From the NCBI GenBank assembly GCA_938086785.1, contig CALKCM010000014.1, positions 2,467 to 66,466 of the forward strand: 64,000 nucleotides of DNA, read 5' to 3'. The notes below the pieces were generated by a model. That model was not told where the DNA came from. It ran no database searches and was given only the letters and a program-made list of their open reading frames with translations. Of this stretch, positions 9,130-17,656 are shown piece after piece; the stretch's first letter is position 1; each line of letters begins with the position of its first letter. Both the position numbers and the translations under genes were made by a program. The stretch is from an uncultured Bacteroidia bacterium (GTDB lineage: Bacteria > Bacteroidota > Bacteroidia > NS11-12g > UBA955).

Positions 9130-9157
9130 ATGGTATTTCTTTATATAGTTTATGTTC

Positions 9158-10003
9158 TTAAGGTTCAATGATTTCCATAAATAACCTAAACCCTACTTCG
9201 GGATGGCCCCATCCTTCGTATTTTTGAGACTGATCCGCATAACACTCAGAGATGAAACTATTCCAGCCTCCTCCTTTGGCTTTTCCTTCCTCCGAAACCA
9301 TTTCTGCTACATTTCCAATCATATCAAAAAGGCCATTTGCATTCATTGGATATTCGCCTACTCGGTTCATATATAAGGCTTTATCAGCCATGTATTCAGG
9401 AGCAGTTCTTCCTTCTGCTTCTACTATGGCAAATTTAATGTTAGCCATATACTTTAAATCGCTCGTGTAGCCTTTATCGCCATACCAAGGCAATTTTCCA
9501 CCAGGTAAGCAACTCGTTGCCACAATCCATTCCTCCTCTGTCGGCAATCTAAACGCTACCTTTTGGTAGGTTCTTTTTTTCATCGAGTTATACTCTTTCG
9601 TGAGCCATTTGCAATATTCCAATGCAGCACTGTATTGAATATTAACAATCGGGTAATCTCCATAAGCTGAATTTGAATGGTAATGTCTCATTAGTGACGA
9701 CGTATATGAATACGGATAAATCCTACTCCAATTTAGGGAGTCATACATGCATTGTTCATACAAGGCAGTATCATTCTTTCTTAGATGGTCAAGAAAGACC
9801 TTATAATTCGAATTTGTCAATTCATATTTGTGACATAATAAATTTTTGTCCAGAACTGGAATCTTTACAAAATTCTTATCTATCTGCTTAGAGGAAATAC
9901 TGCTATTTGGCCGCACGACTCTTCTTACAGTGAATCCTAAAATGGATGTTATAAGTATGCAGAGCAACATAAGTTTTGAGGATATTTTGAGTTTATGCAT
10001 CAT
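9158..10003 (-). CDS. FGE-sulfatase (SUMF1/GldJ/K-like) domain protein
   Basis: YPIVNI, FRLPTEEEW, NANGLFDMIGNVAEM, KGGGW and VGFRL motifs. Confidence 0.9.
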   Translation of the reverse strand: MMHKLKISSKLMLLCILITSILGFTVRRVVRPNSSISSKQIDKNFVKIPVLDKNLLCHKYELTNSNYKVFLDHLRKNDTALYEQCMYDSLNWSRIYPYSYTSSLMRHYHSNSAYGDYPIVNIQYSAALEYCKWLTKEYNSMKKRTYQKVAFRLPTEEEWIVATSCLPGGKLPWYGDKGYTSDLKYMANIKFAIVEAEGRTAPEYMADKALYMNRVGEYPMNANGLFDMIGNVAEMVSEEGKAKGGGWNSFISECYADQSQKYEGWGHPEVGFRLFMEIIEP

Positions 10004-10388
10004 TAAGTGATTTAAGTTTAGAACGTTTTATACTTGAAATTTATTATTTTGACATTTTTCGATGGATTCATAGCTATCTAATTTGGCTGATGCTTCATTT
10101 CTCGAAAAGCGAAAATAGGTTATTATATTGGAACATATAAATTCAGTCTTGGATAGTGGGTAAACGTTTAAATGGGTCCAGAGAGAGATAGAAAGAGGAA
10201 TTAGATGAGGAATATGAGAATTACAGGAATTATTGTAAGTGTTTGGAAGCCAGATGAACCTCCTTTATTAAGTTCATTTAAGCTGAGATTAAAAGAATTT
10301 ACTGAAGATTTTTTATATATTGCTGATAGGCATACATCTAAAATATTAGCTTATCGATAGGTAAATACCCAGTCAAGAAAAACCAGAT

Positions 10389-12131
10389 CTACTTTACAAA
10401 TTTCTTATGATAGGTCTGATTGCTATCGTTATTACTTAATAAAATAAAATAACTGCCTGATTTAAGCGATTCAATATTAATGGTTGTATTCGTTAAATCT
10501 CCATTCATCACTATCTTGCCCAAAGCATTAAAAATACGGTATGAATCCATTTTTACGTTTGAACTTACAGTGATTTGATTTTGTGCAGGATTTGGGTAAA
10601 TGCTAACTTCATCTCTATTTAATCTTTCATCATGATTATCACTTAAAGTAGAGGACCTCTGAATATCATCAAATAAAAACGTAGCCTTAGCTGATGCATC
10701 ATTTTGTGTTGCATAGCCTAGCATCAAGGTCAAAACATTATAAATGGGGTTGTCAAAGTTTGTAAAGTCCCAGGCATAGGTTGCCCATTCGCCAGAAACT
10801 GTAGTTAGTGCATCTCGTTCATCTGCGAAACCTGCTACATTACTTTCTATTTTAAATTTTAATATTGTACCAACAGGTGCATCTGTATATACTTTCATAG
10901 ATATAGATCCAATAGTAGAAAAGTCAGGAATAAATTCTGTTAATGCCAACTTGCTTTTTGCCCAAGGTGCTCCACCACTTCTAACGAACTTTCCCACCGT
11001 AGCACTAGGATTGTTAGCGTCTATATATGGATTTGGGATAACAGTGGTTATTCCTCCGTCCTCATTTATAAAGTCTGAAGTCACGACACTTGATTCAAAT
11101 CCAATGGGAAAAGTAGTTGCTCTAGGCTCAGGTATTACTGGGCCTACTTCTTGTTGTATATCATCAAACAGAAATATTGAAGTGGATGTCCCATCTCCTA
11201 TATTTCCAAAATCAAAAAGGAATTGTATTCTATCATAATCACTGGCTTGTTTGTGAAAATTCCATGTTGCAGTTTCCCATGAGCCAGAAACGGTAGTTAA
11301 ATAATCTATGTTTGTTTTGCCATCTGCGTTTTCTAATTCCAACTTAATTCGAGTTCCCACAGGGGCTGTTGTATACACTTTCATAGATATTTGCCATTGG
11401 GTTGAAAAATCAATGTTCTTATCAATAAATATTTTACTTCCAGCCCAAAAATCACCCCCATCGCGTATAATTTGGGCTACCTTGGCACTTGGATTAATTC
11501 CGTCCACCCGAGGGTTTGCAATGACCATTGCAGTTGCTCCACTGAAATTTAAAAAGTCAGTATCCACTTCTCCCATTTCGAAATCAATGGGTAAAGAAAG
11601 TTTTGTTGGGGCTTTGGGTCCAGTTACTTGTTCAATATCATCAAAGTAAAACGTGGAATTGGCAGAACTATCTCCTACATTTCCAAAATCAAACATAAAA
11701 ACAATCTCATTAAGAGTATTAGGTATACCAACAAAGGTCCATTCCAAAGTTTCCCATGCGCCAGAGACAGTTGTAATAGCATCCATATCTACAGATGATC
11801 CCGACCCTTCCAATTTAAACTTAACCTTTGTACCTGCGGGCGCAGAGGTATATACTTTCATTGAAATTTTTGTCAATACAGAAAAATCAAGATTTTTAGT
11901 CAATAAAATTTTACTGCCAGCCCAAATGGCTTCCTCGTTTCTAATAATTCGCGCAACAGAATCGCTGGTATTAATTCCCGATGGATTCGGGTTGGCCGTC
12001 ACAATTCCCACTCCTCCATCAAAATTAACGAAGTCCTTGGTTGTAACATCTCCTTCGAAATGAATAGGTAAGCTCTGGGAAAATCCTGATTGTGCAATCA
12101 GTAAAATGAGTATTAGATAAGAGTTCTTCAA
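10389..12131 (-). CDS. T9SS type-A secreted protein with three tandem CBM-like beta-sandwich domains
   Basis: TTG at 12131 gives signal peptide MKNSYLILILLIAQSGFSQ; three ~155-aa repeats (PIxFE...ISMKVYT.AP.GT...FDDI); IYPNP CTD. The ORF-track extension to 12284 reads through the end repeat. Confidence 0.85.
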   Translation of the reverse strand: MKNSYLILILLIAQSGFSQSLPIHFEGDVTTKDFVNFDGGVGIVTANPNPSGINTSDSVARIIRNEEAIWAGSKILLTKNLDFSVLTKISMKVYTSAPAGTKVKFKLEGSGSSVDMDAITTVSGAWETLEWTFVGIPNTLNEIVFMFDFGNVGDSSANSTFYFDDIEQVTGPKAPTKLSLPIDFEMGEVDTDFLNFSGATAMVIANPRVDGINPSAKVAQIIRDGGDFWAGSKIFIDKNIDFSTQWQISMKVYTTAPVGTRIKLELENADGKTNIDYLTTVSGSWETATWNFHKQASDYDRIQFLFDFGNIGDGTSTSIFLFDDIQQEVGPVIPEPRATTFPIGFESSVVTSDFINEDGGITTVIPNPYIDANNPSATVGKFVRSGGAPWAKSKLALTEFIPDFSTIGSISMKVYTDAPVGTILKFKIESNVAGFADERDALTTVSGEWATYAWDFTNFDNPIYNVLTLMLGYATQNDASAKATFLFDDIQRSSTLSDNHDERLNRDEVSIYPNPAQNQITVSSNVKMDSYRIFNALGKIVMNGDLTNTTINIESLKSGSYFILLSNNDSNQTYHKKFVK

Positions 12132-12230
12132 AATGGCTTTAAAAATTTGACACAAAATTAACTCCTGAATAGCTCTCAAACAAAACAACGGTTTTAAAAA
12201 ATATGGCTGAAACTTATTAGTTAAAGAACC

Positions 12231-12295
12231 TAAACCGATGCCTTGTGACATAAAAAAACCTATAACCGAATGTGAAACAATCAATTACAGGTTTT
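12231..12295. repeat. tRNA-Glu-flanking end repeat R, copy 1
   Basis: 55-bp core 12241-12295 is identical to 14615-14669 and 16252-16306. Confidence 0.97.
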
Positions 12296-12404
12296 AGTGG
12301 TAGAGGCTGTGAGGCCGAAATCAAATTTGTAGACTTATGCCATATTTAAACCAAATCCATTGGTTCGATAAATGTTTTGCAGTTATAAAACTGCTGGGTA
12401 TTGT

Positions 12405-14276
12405 TTAGCCTTCGCCATTGCGAAAACCATCAATATCGTACCCTTCTAATCTGCCATTGCTGTCAAAAGGAAAAAATGGAAACAGCAACTCATTTTTTAG
12501 TTTTTTATTGTAAGCCTTTTTAAGTGCTTTATCCATGGTCTTTGGTTTAACATCATAGTGTGCTATAATTTTATCCAAAGACAGATTAATTATTGTTATG
12601 AAGTTCACATATTGAACTATTGAAAGACCTTCCTTGAATTGTCCATTTTTTAAATTGTTCATTACCTCCGAATAGGTTATATACAATAGCTTTGTTTTTT
12701 TGGTGAGATTAAGTTCCTCTATTTGTCTTGATTTTGATTCAAATTGTTCTGAAATTAATCGGAATTTTCTAATTCCCTCGAGGCGATCGTCCAACATATC
12801 TTTTAATCCATCAATAACACTAGCTTTATTACAATAGAGATAATATACTTCTCCGTCACTTTTTGAGGACGAGGGATTCGTTAAGCGATTTGGATTAAAA
12901 TATGCTTTCGATTGATAACTCTCTTTTAATACATCATTAATATCCAGATCATTCAAACTATTTATCGCTCCCTCCTGAAAGTATCGATAAAAAGCCATAT
13001 CCTTAGACTCAAGGGAAGAGGTTATTATGTTTTCTTCTTCTTTAATCCTTTTACTTAGGTTTGAACTTAGTGAATTAACTTCTCTCTTTGAAATTAATAT
13101 TTTACTTAGGGAATCGGCTTTATCAAAGGAGATCTGAGTTTTTTTATCCAATCTTTTCAAGTCACTTTTTTTATATCTGTAGCCAGTATATTGTTTGATA
13201 TACCTTTTAACATCGTTATAAGAGTTAAAGGCGTCAAAATATAATCCAGAGCTAAATGACTTTTCTGCTTTTTCGTAGCCCCTGATGTTGTCCATTTTAG
13301 AGAATTTCGCCTTCTCAAGAACTATGTTACATCCCCCAGATATAGACTCACTTCTACTGTAGCGTTGGTAAGTTAAATCACCTGTGATATGTTTGTATAA
13401 AAACCAATCTGATTTCATCATGTACTTAAAGTAATCTTGAATGTATTTAGTCGGAACACTGTTGTAGCATAAGGTATCTAAATCGTAACCCGCGTTTTCG
13501 AGTTCTTCCAAAGAAGCTCTTTTTAAATCTAAAAATCTTTGATTCCTCTCAGCATTTAACTCAGGATTTAAAGATGTTGAACCATCCAGTATTTGCCCGC
13601 TGCCATTACGACCAATAAAATCTGTCATATATTTATCTTTAAATGTAATTTCAAAAGTTTGGTTTTTATTTAAAAAATCCAATTTCCACGTACCATTAGA
13701 ATAGCTATTTAGATCATAGTTTCCATTAACTTTTAATACACCTACTTCATTAATAATTACATTGCCTACAATTCTTCCTTTGCTAAAATTCATACTCGTG
13801 GTTATATTATTTTCTGGATTGTACGCTCCCCAACCGGTGTACCTACTATACAACCTTGTTTTATTTTTAGAGTAATATTTCCAATTTCCGTCGGCTAAAC
13901 CATTTTTGTAATTGGCTGTCAACGTTATAGTCCCAGTAGCGTGATAATATCCCAAAAAGTAATCATTCATAACAAGTTTGTACGTCCAGGTTCCATGCTT
14001 GAGTCCCTTTTCATAATTCCCAGAAATGGTTTGTCTTAGCCCTTTATTATCGTCTTTGCCATTTAAGCTATAGTTAAAGGCTCCTTGCTTGACATATTCT
14101 CTTGTTTTTGGATCTTCATAGTATTTATAATCTGCTTGACCCGGTTGATTACTTCCGTTAGCAAATGAGCCACTATAGGTCTTTAATGACTGTCCATAAC
14201 TGCCCGCAGATATAAATAAGAATAGTGAACATAAGCAGGTCGACAGATTGATTTTTCTCTTTCTAATATAATTCAT
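12405..14276 (-). CDS. Secreted hypothetical protein: N-terminal MORN-like beta region, helical C-terminus
   Basis: ATG at 14276 follows the TAACTTTG promoter (14283-14290); signal peptide; GNYEKGLKHGTWTY and ANYKNGLADGNWKY motifs. Confidence 0.8.
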   Translation of the reverse strand: MNYIRKRKINLSTCLCSLFLFISAGSYGQSLKTYSGSFANGSNQPGQADYKYYEDPKTREYVKQGAFNYSLNGKDDNKGLRQTISGNYEKGLKHGTWTYKLVMNDYFLGYYHATGTITLTANYKNGLADGNWKYYSKNKTRLYSRYTGWGAYNPENNITTSMNFSKGRIVGNVIINEVGVLKVNGNYDLNSYSNGTWKLDFLNKNQTFEITFKDKYMTDFIGRNGSGQILDGSTSLNPELNAERNQRFLDLKRASLEELENAGYDLDTLCYNSVPTKYIQDYFKYMMKSDWFLYKHITGDLTYQRYSRSESISGGCNIVLEKAKFSKMDNIRGYEKAEKSFSSGLYFDAFNSYNDVKRYIKQYTGYRYKKSDLKRLDKKTQISFDKADSLSKILISKREVNSLSSNLSKRIKEEENIITSSLESKDMAFYRYFQEGAINSLNDLDINDVLKESYQSKAYFNPNRLTNPSSSKSDGEVYYLYCNKASVIDGLKDMLDDRLEGIRKFRLISEQFESKSRQIEELNLTKKTKLLYITYSEVMNNLKNGQFKEGLSIVQYVNFITIINLSLDKIIAHYDVKPKTMDKALKKAYNKKLKNELLFPFFPFDSNGRLEGYDIDGFRNGEG

Positions 14277-14470
14277 TTTCGCAAAGTTATACAAAGTATG
14301 TTCTAGGGAATAGCCCATTTGCAGCCCATATATAGTAGAATATTATTTGAGTAAATATGTTGTAAAAACGCATCATAGATTTGTGGTATAAAAAATATAT
14401 TTGTATTTTTTCTGTTGTTCGGGATAGTTCTCTTCGGCTGTAAGAAAAAAGATGTTGAAACCTCCGATAA

Positions 14471-14681
14471 TCCCAATTACTGACAGTAAACCATTGGGCT
14501 GTATACCCGTTCTGAGCAAAGCCTTCAAATAAGAAGGCCTTATTATAAAGAATACGGAGGTGTTGAATAAGAAAAGTAGTTCGGATTTTTTTGGGATTTA
14601 TCTGTAAACCGATACCTTGTGACATAAAAAAACCTATAACCGAATGTGAAACAATCAATTACAGGTTTTTAAGTGTAGCCC
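14471..14681. repeat. Element E (copy 3) + end repeat R (copy 2) + partial tRNA-Glu 3' end (att-like)
   Basis: ~210-bp direct repeat of 16095-16318, ending in aagtgtagccc, which is the tRNA-Glu 3' end and flank. Confidence 0.95.
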
Positions 14682-14809
14682 CTAAGGTTCGATTCTCGAA
14701 CACTTTTACTGAGAACTTAAGCGAGCTGTACAACTTGAAACATTTACTTATAGAGCAAGAAATCATTGGTGATGGTGGCGGTTCCCTTTATTTAAAAGGA
14801 TTTCCTTAA
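14675..14809 (+). other. Putative att junction / recombinase C-terminal tail remnant
   Basis: Reads VAPKVRFSNTFTENLSELYNLKHLL..., starting exactly where the tRNA antisense reads VARRGIEP; gtagccc-c-ta-a-gg vs gtagccc-g-ta-g-gg, and tcgaac is retained. Confidence 0.5.
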
Positions 14810-14963
14810 TATTCTAATATTCCTTAGAGTCATTAAACTACAGTAGATAGATAACTTGGTAGATTTATTATTATTAAAGAGATAGACTTACTAAGGTTAG
14901 TGTTCACGCCAACACCTCCTTATTGTCAATAATTGGCAAATTATAATTGTTTACTTTTGGCAA

Positions 14964-16070
14964 ATGAAAAAATTATTTTTAGCAATATTAGTTTTAGGTG
15001 CAATTCTAAATGGCTGCAAAAAAGAAGAGGTTGTAGAAACCACAAAGGAAATAGTTAGCACCGCTTCAGACTTGCCTCAAGTTACCACTGGGAATCCAAT
15101 AGTTACAGATACTGCTTTAATTTTATCTGGAGAAGTTACATTTACTGATGGAGACGATTCTACTACAAGAGGAATCTGTTGGAGTGAAAGTCCAAATCCA
15201 ACAACAAACGACCAAAACTATCTGGATACCGCAACTGGTTTAGGTACTTTTAGTGTTAATGTATTCTCTCAACTTGAACCAAATACAAATTATTATATTC
15301 GAGCATTTGCTGAGAACTCGGTAGGTAAAGTATACGGAAATGTGGTTTCTTTCACTACAAATTATTTTAATCGTAATAATGCATATATAAATTCAAAAGG
15401 TTGCTTGGAATGTAATAAATACGAAGTAGGAGACACTTTTACAATACAATATACTAATTATATAGTTGCAGACAGAGAAATGCTTGATGACGCATTACAA
15501 AATGGCGAAGATTTAACAAAATATTGTACATCCAAAGTGACTGATATGTCAAATATGTTTAATGGCGCTCAATCCTTCAATCAAGACATAGGCAATTGGG
15601 ATGTAAGTAATGTGACTTCTATGGGTGGTATGTTTCATATGAATGAATCCTTCAACCAAGACATTGGCAACTGGGATGTAAGTAATGTGACTGATATGTC
15701 AGCTATGTTTCAGATTACTCAATCCTTCAATCAAGACATAGGCAATTGGGATGTGAGTAATGTGACTGATATGTCTGGTATGTTTACAGCAGCATACGTC
15801 TTCAATCAAGACATTGGTAATTGGGATGTAAGTAATGTGACTAATATGGTTATTATGTTTGCATCAGCATACGACTTCAATCAAGACATAGGCAACTGGG
15901 ATGTAAGTAATGTGACTTCTATGCGAGGGATGTTTAATATGAATGAATCCTTCAACCAAGATTTAACTAAATGGTGTGTAAAAAATATCGCTGTAATGCC
16001 AGATTTTTTTTCCGCAAATAGCAATTTTTCAATTACATATCATCCAGTATGGGGCACTTGTCCCCCTTAA
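14964..16070 (+). CDS. DUF285/BspA LRR lipoprotein with N-terminal Fn3-like domain
   Basis: Lipobox LNGC; RGICWS..PNPT...LEPNTNYYIRAFAENSVG; five 25-aa repeats from 15543 plus terminal repeat and HPVWGTCPP cap; TACTTTTG promoter at 14952-14959. Confidence 0.95.
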   Translation: MKKLFLAILVLGAILNGCKKEEVVETTKEIVSTASDLPQVTTGNPIVTDTALILSGEVTFTDGDDSTTRGICWSESPNPTTNDQNYLDTATGLGTFSVNVFSQLEPNTNYYIRAFAENSVGKVYGNVVSFTTNYFNRNNAYINSKGCLECNKYEVGDTFTIQYTNYIVADREMLDDALQNGEDLTKYCTSKVTDMSNMFNGAQSFNQDIGNWDVSNVTSMGGMFHMNESFNQDIGNWDVSNVTDMSAMFQITQSFNQDIGNWDVSNVTDMSGMFTAAYVFNQDIGNWDVSNVTNMVIMFASAYDFNQDIGNWDVSNVTSMRGMFNMNESFNQDLTKWCVKNIAVMPDFFSANSNFSITYHPVWGTCPP

Positions 16071-16083
16071 AAATAGAATATCG

Positions 16084-16312
16084 ATAGGCTTTATTCCCAA
16101 TTACTGACAGTAAAGCATCGGACTATATACCCGTTCTGAGCAAAGTATTCAAACAAGAAGCCTATATTTTAAAGGGGTGCGGGGGTGTTAAACAATAAAA
16201 ATAGTTCGGATTTTTTTGGGATTTATCTGTAAAACGATACCTAAAACGATACCTTGTGACATAAAAAAACCTATAACCGAATGTGAAACAATCAATTACA
16301 GGTTTTTAAGTG
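16084..16312. repeat. Element E (copy 4), tandem 12-bp repeat (taaaacgatacc x2, 16230-16253) and end repeat R (copy 3)
   Basis: Direct alignment with 7116-7244, 14471-14670 and 12231-12295. Confidence 0.95.
16263..16307 (-). terminator. Terminator hairpin downstream of tRNA-Glu (also present in the R copies at 12252-12295 and 14626-14670)
   Basis: Minus strand ACCTGTAATTGA/TCGGTTATAGGT stem with G-U pairs, followed by a U-tract. Confidence 0.7.
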
Positions 16313-16384
16313 TAGCCCGTAGGGGAATCGAACCCCTCTTACATGGATGAAAACCATGCGTCCTAGCCGATAGACGAACGGGCC
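16313..16384 (-). tRNA. tRNA-Glu (TTC)
   Basis: GGCCCGTTCGTCTATCGGCTAGGACGCATGGTTTTCATCCATGTAAGAGGGGTTCGATTCCCCTACGGGCTA cloverleaf. Confidence 0.97.
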
Positions 16385-16437
16385 ATTGTTAAAATGAGGT
16401 GCAAATCTAAGTTGTGTTTTTCAAAAAAACCACACTT

Positions 16438-16803
16438 TTAGAATTTTTTTATTTTGGCATCTCCCCAAAGTTCTTCTAGCGCATAAAACTCCCTTTTGTC
16501 TTTTAAGAAAATATGAAGTACCACGTTCACAAAGTCAAGCACCAACCACTCCGATTCTTGACCTACTCCCTCGCGAACAAAGGGCTTTTCGCTGAGTTGC
16601 TTGCGAGCAAAATCCTCTGCACTATCTACCAATGCCTCTAGTTGTTTATAATTACTTCCGCTGCAGATGACCATAAACTCTGCAAATGTATTTTTTAGAT
16701 TTCTCAAATCTAAAGAGACAATATCTTCTCCTTTTTTTTCTTCAAGACCAGCCACAAGTACATTTACGAGTAATTCTGATTCACTTATTTCGGTTTTTGC
16801 CAT
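16438..16803 (-). CDS. rsfS: Ribosome silencing factor
   Basis: EKKGEDIVSLDL, WLVLDFVNVVLHIF and REFYALEELWGDA motifs. Confidence 0.96.
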   Translation of the reverse strand: MAKTEISESELLVNVLVAGLEEKKGEDIVSLDLRNLKNTFAEFMVICSGSNYKQLEALVDSAEDFARKQLSEKPFVREGVGQESEWLVLDFVNVVLHIFLKDKREFYALEELWGDAKIKKF

Positions 16804-16838
16804 ACGTGGTTTTAACTTTGTGCAAAGGTCAACAAAAA

Positions 16839-17600
16839 ATGGGAGATATTGAACTGTATTCAGAAATAGCTAATATGACCGTCTGGTCCGTTTCAGAATG
16901 CGAATCCACCTTTGATGTTTTAAAAGATCTCCCCGTCGCAAAAAACAAGTACAATGCCGTGTTTACGTTTAACCAAACCGCCGGCAAAGGGCAGTTTAAT
17001 CGAAAATGGGCATCCCAGCCCTTTAAAAACATAGCACTTAGTATAGCCATTCCGCTAAGCCCAGATATGGCGGCAAATCCTACCTTATTTAACATGCATT
17101 TGAGTACTGCTGTTCTTGCTGCATTACAAGACCATTGCCTTGCCGATTTAAGCATAAAATGGCCCAATGATATTTATGGAGAAGACAAAAAACTGGCGGG
17201 TTTTCTAATGTCTATCCTCAGCATTAAACAGAACAAGTTCTTTCAGTTGGGTTTAGGTATCAACATAAATCAAATAAAATGGGCTGTAGACATCCCCAAT
17301 CCTACCTCCTTGAAAATCTTAAATAATCAGGAACAGAATTTACATGCAATCCTAAAGGGTATATTAAATCAGATTCAAAACAGTGTAGAAACCTTTAAAT
17401 TAGGGAATCACAAAGAGATCTTGGGTGCATTTAATAAAGGCCTGTGGCGAAGGGGGGAAAATGTAAGCTATGCTGCAGAAGGCAAAGATCCGGAACAGGG
17501 AATTCTCTTAGGTATCAATGGAAAAGGCCAAATACAGCTTACCCATGCCCGCGGAATACAGTCATTCCATTTAGGGGAAGTTCGGCTTCTACCCAGATAA
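16839..17600 (+). CDS. birA: Biotin--[acetyl-CoA-carboxylase] ligase (no HTH)
   Basis: QTAGKGQFNRKW, IKWPNDI, KKLAGFL and GLGININ motifs; ATG at 16839 follows TAACTTTG (16813-16820). Confidence 0.9.
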   Translation: MGDIELYSEIANMTVWSVSECESTFDVLKDLPVAKNKYNAVFTFNQTAGKGQFNRKWASQPFKNIALSIAIPLSPDMAANPTLFNMHLSTAVLAALQDHCLADLSIKWPNDIYGEDKKLAGFLMSILSIKQNKFFQLGLGININQIKWAVDIPNPTSLKILNNQEQNLHAILKGILNQIQNSVETFKLGNHKEILGAFNKGLWRRGENVSYAAEGKDPEQGILLGINGKGQIQLTHARGIQSFHLGEVRLLPR

Positions 17601-17656
17601 TTGTTGTAATTGTGATGCAACCTTTTTATCTTCGGGCAGTCAAATAGTTGAATATC

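Noticed and set aside
9158-10003. FGE-sulfatase (CLec-fold) gene as a diversity-generating retroelement target
   Set aside because: No reverse transcriptase and no template repeat of its 3' end seen in the window. DUF285 variation also does not appear adenine-specific.
12296-12312. tggtagaggc as the 3' end (...CTCTACCA) of a different tRNA or tmRNA
   Set aside because: Too short to assign, and no matching full RNA gene in the window.
14287-14658. ORF starting MIVSHSVIGFFMSQGIGL, the same N-terminus as the ORF-track call 10389-12284
   Set aside because: The shared peptide is just the antisense translation of end repeat R. The T9SS gene has a better signal-peptide start at 12131.
14674-14701. 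Second tRNA-Glu gene
   Set aside because: Only the last ~8-13 nt and a tcgaac match; no cloverleaf. Treated as an att-like remnant.
12231-16312. End repeats as a CRISPR array or integron attC sites
   Set aside because: Spacing is kilobases with whole genes in between; no cas or intI gene; no RYYYAAC...GTTRRRY attC ends recognised. The hairpin fits a terminator.
16686-16838. N-terminal extension of BirA (possible HTH repressor domain) overlapping rsfS
   Set aside because: Overlaps rsfS on the opposite strand, shows no HTH pattern, and a -7 promoter sits just before ATG 16839.
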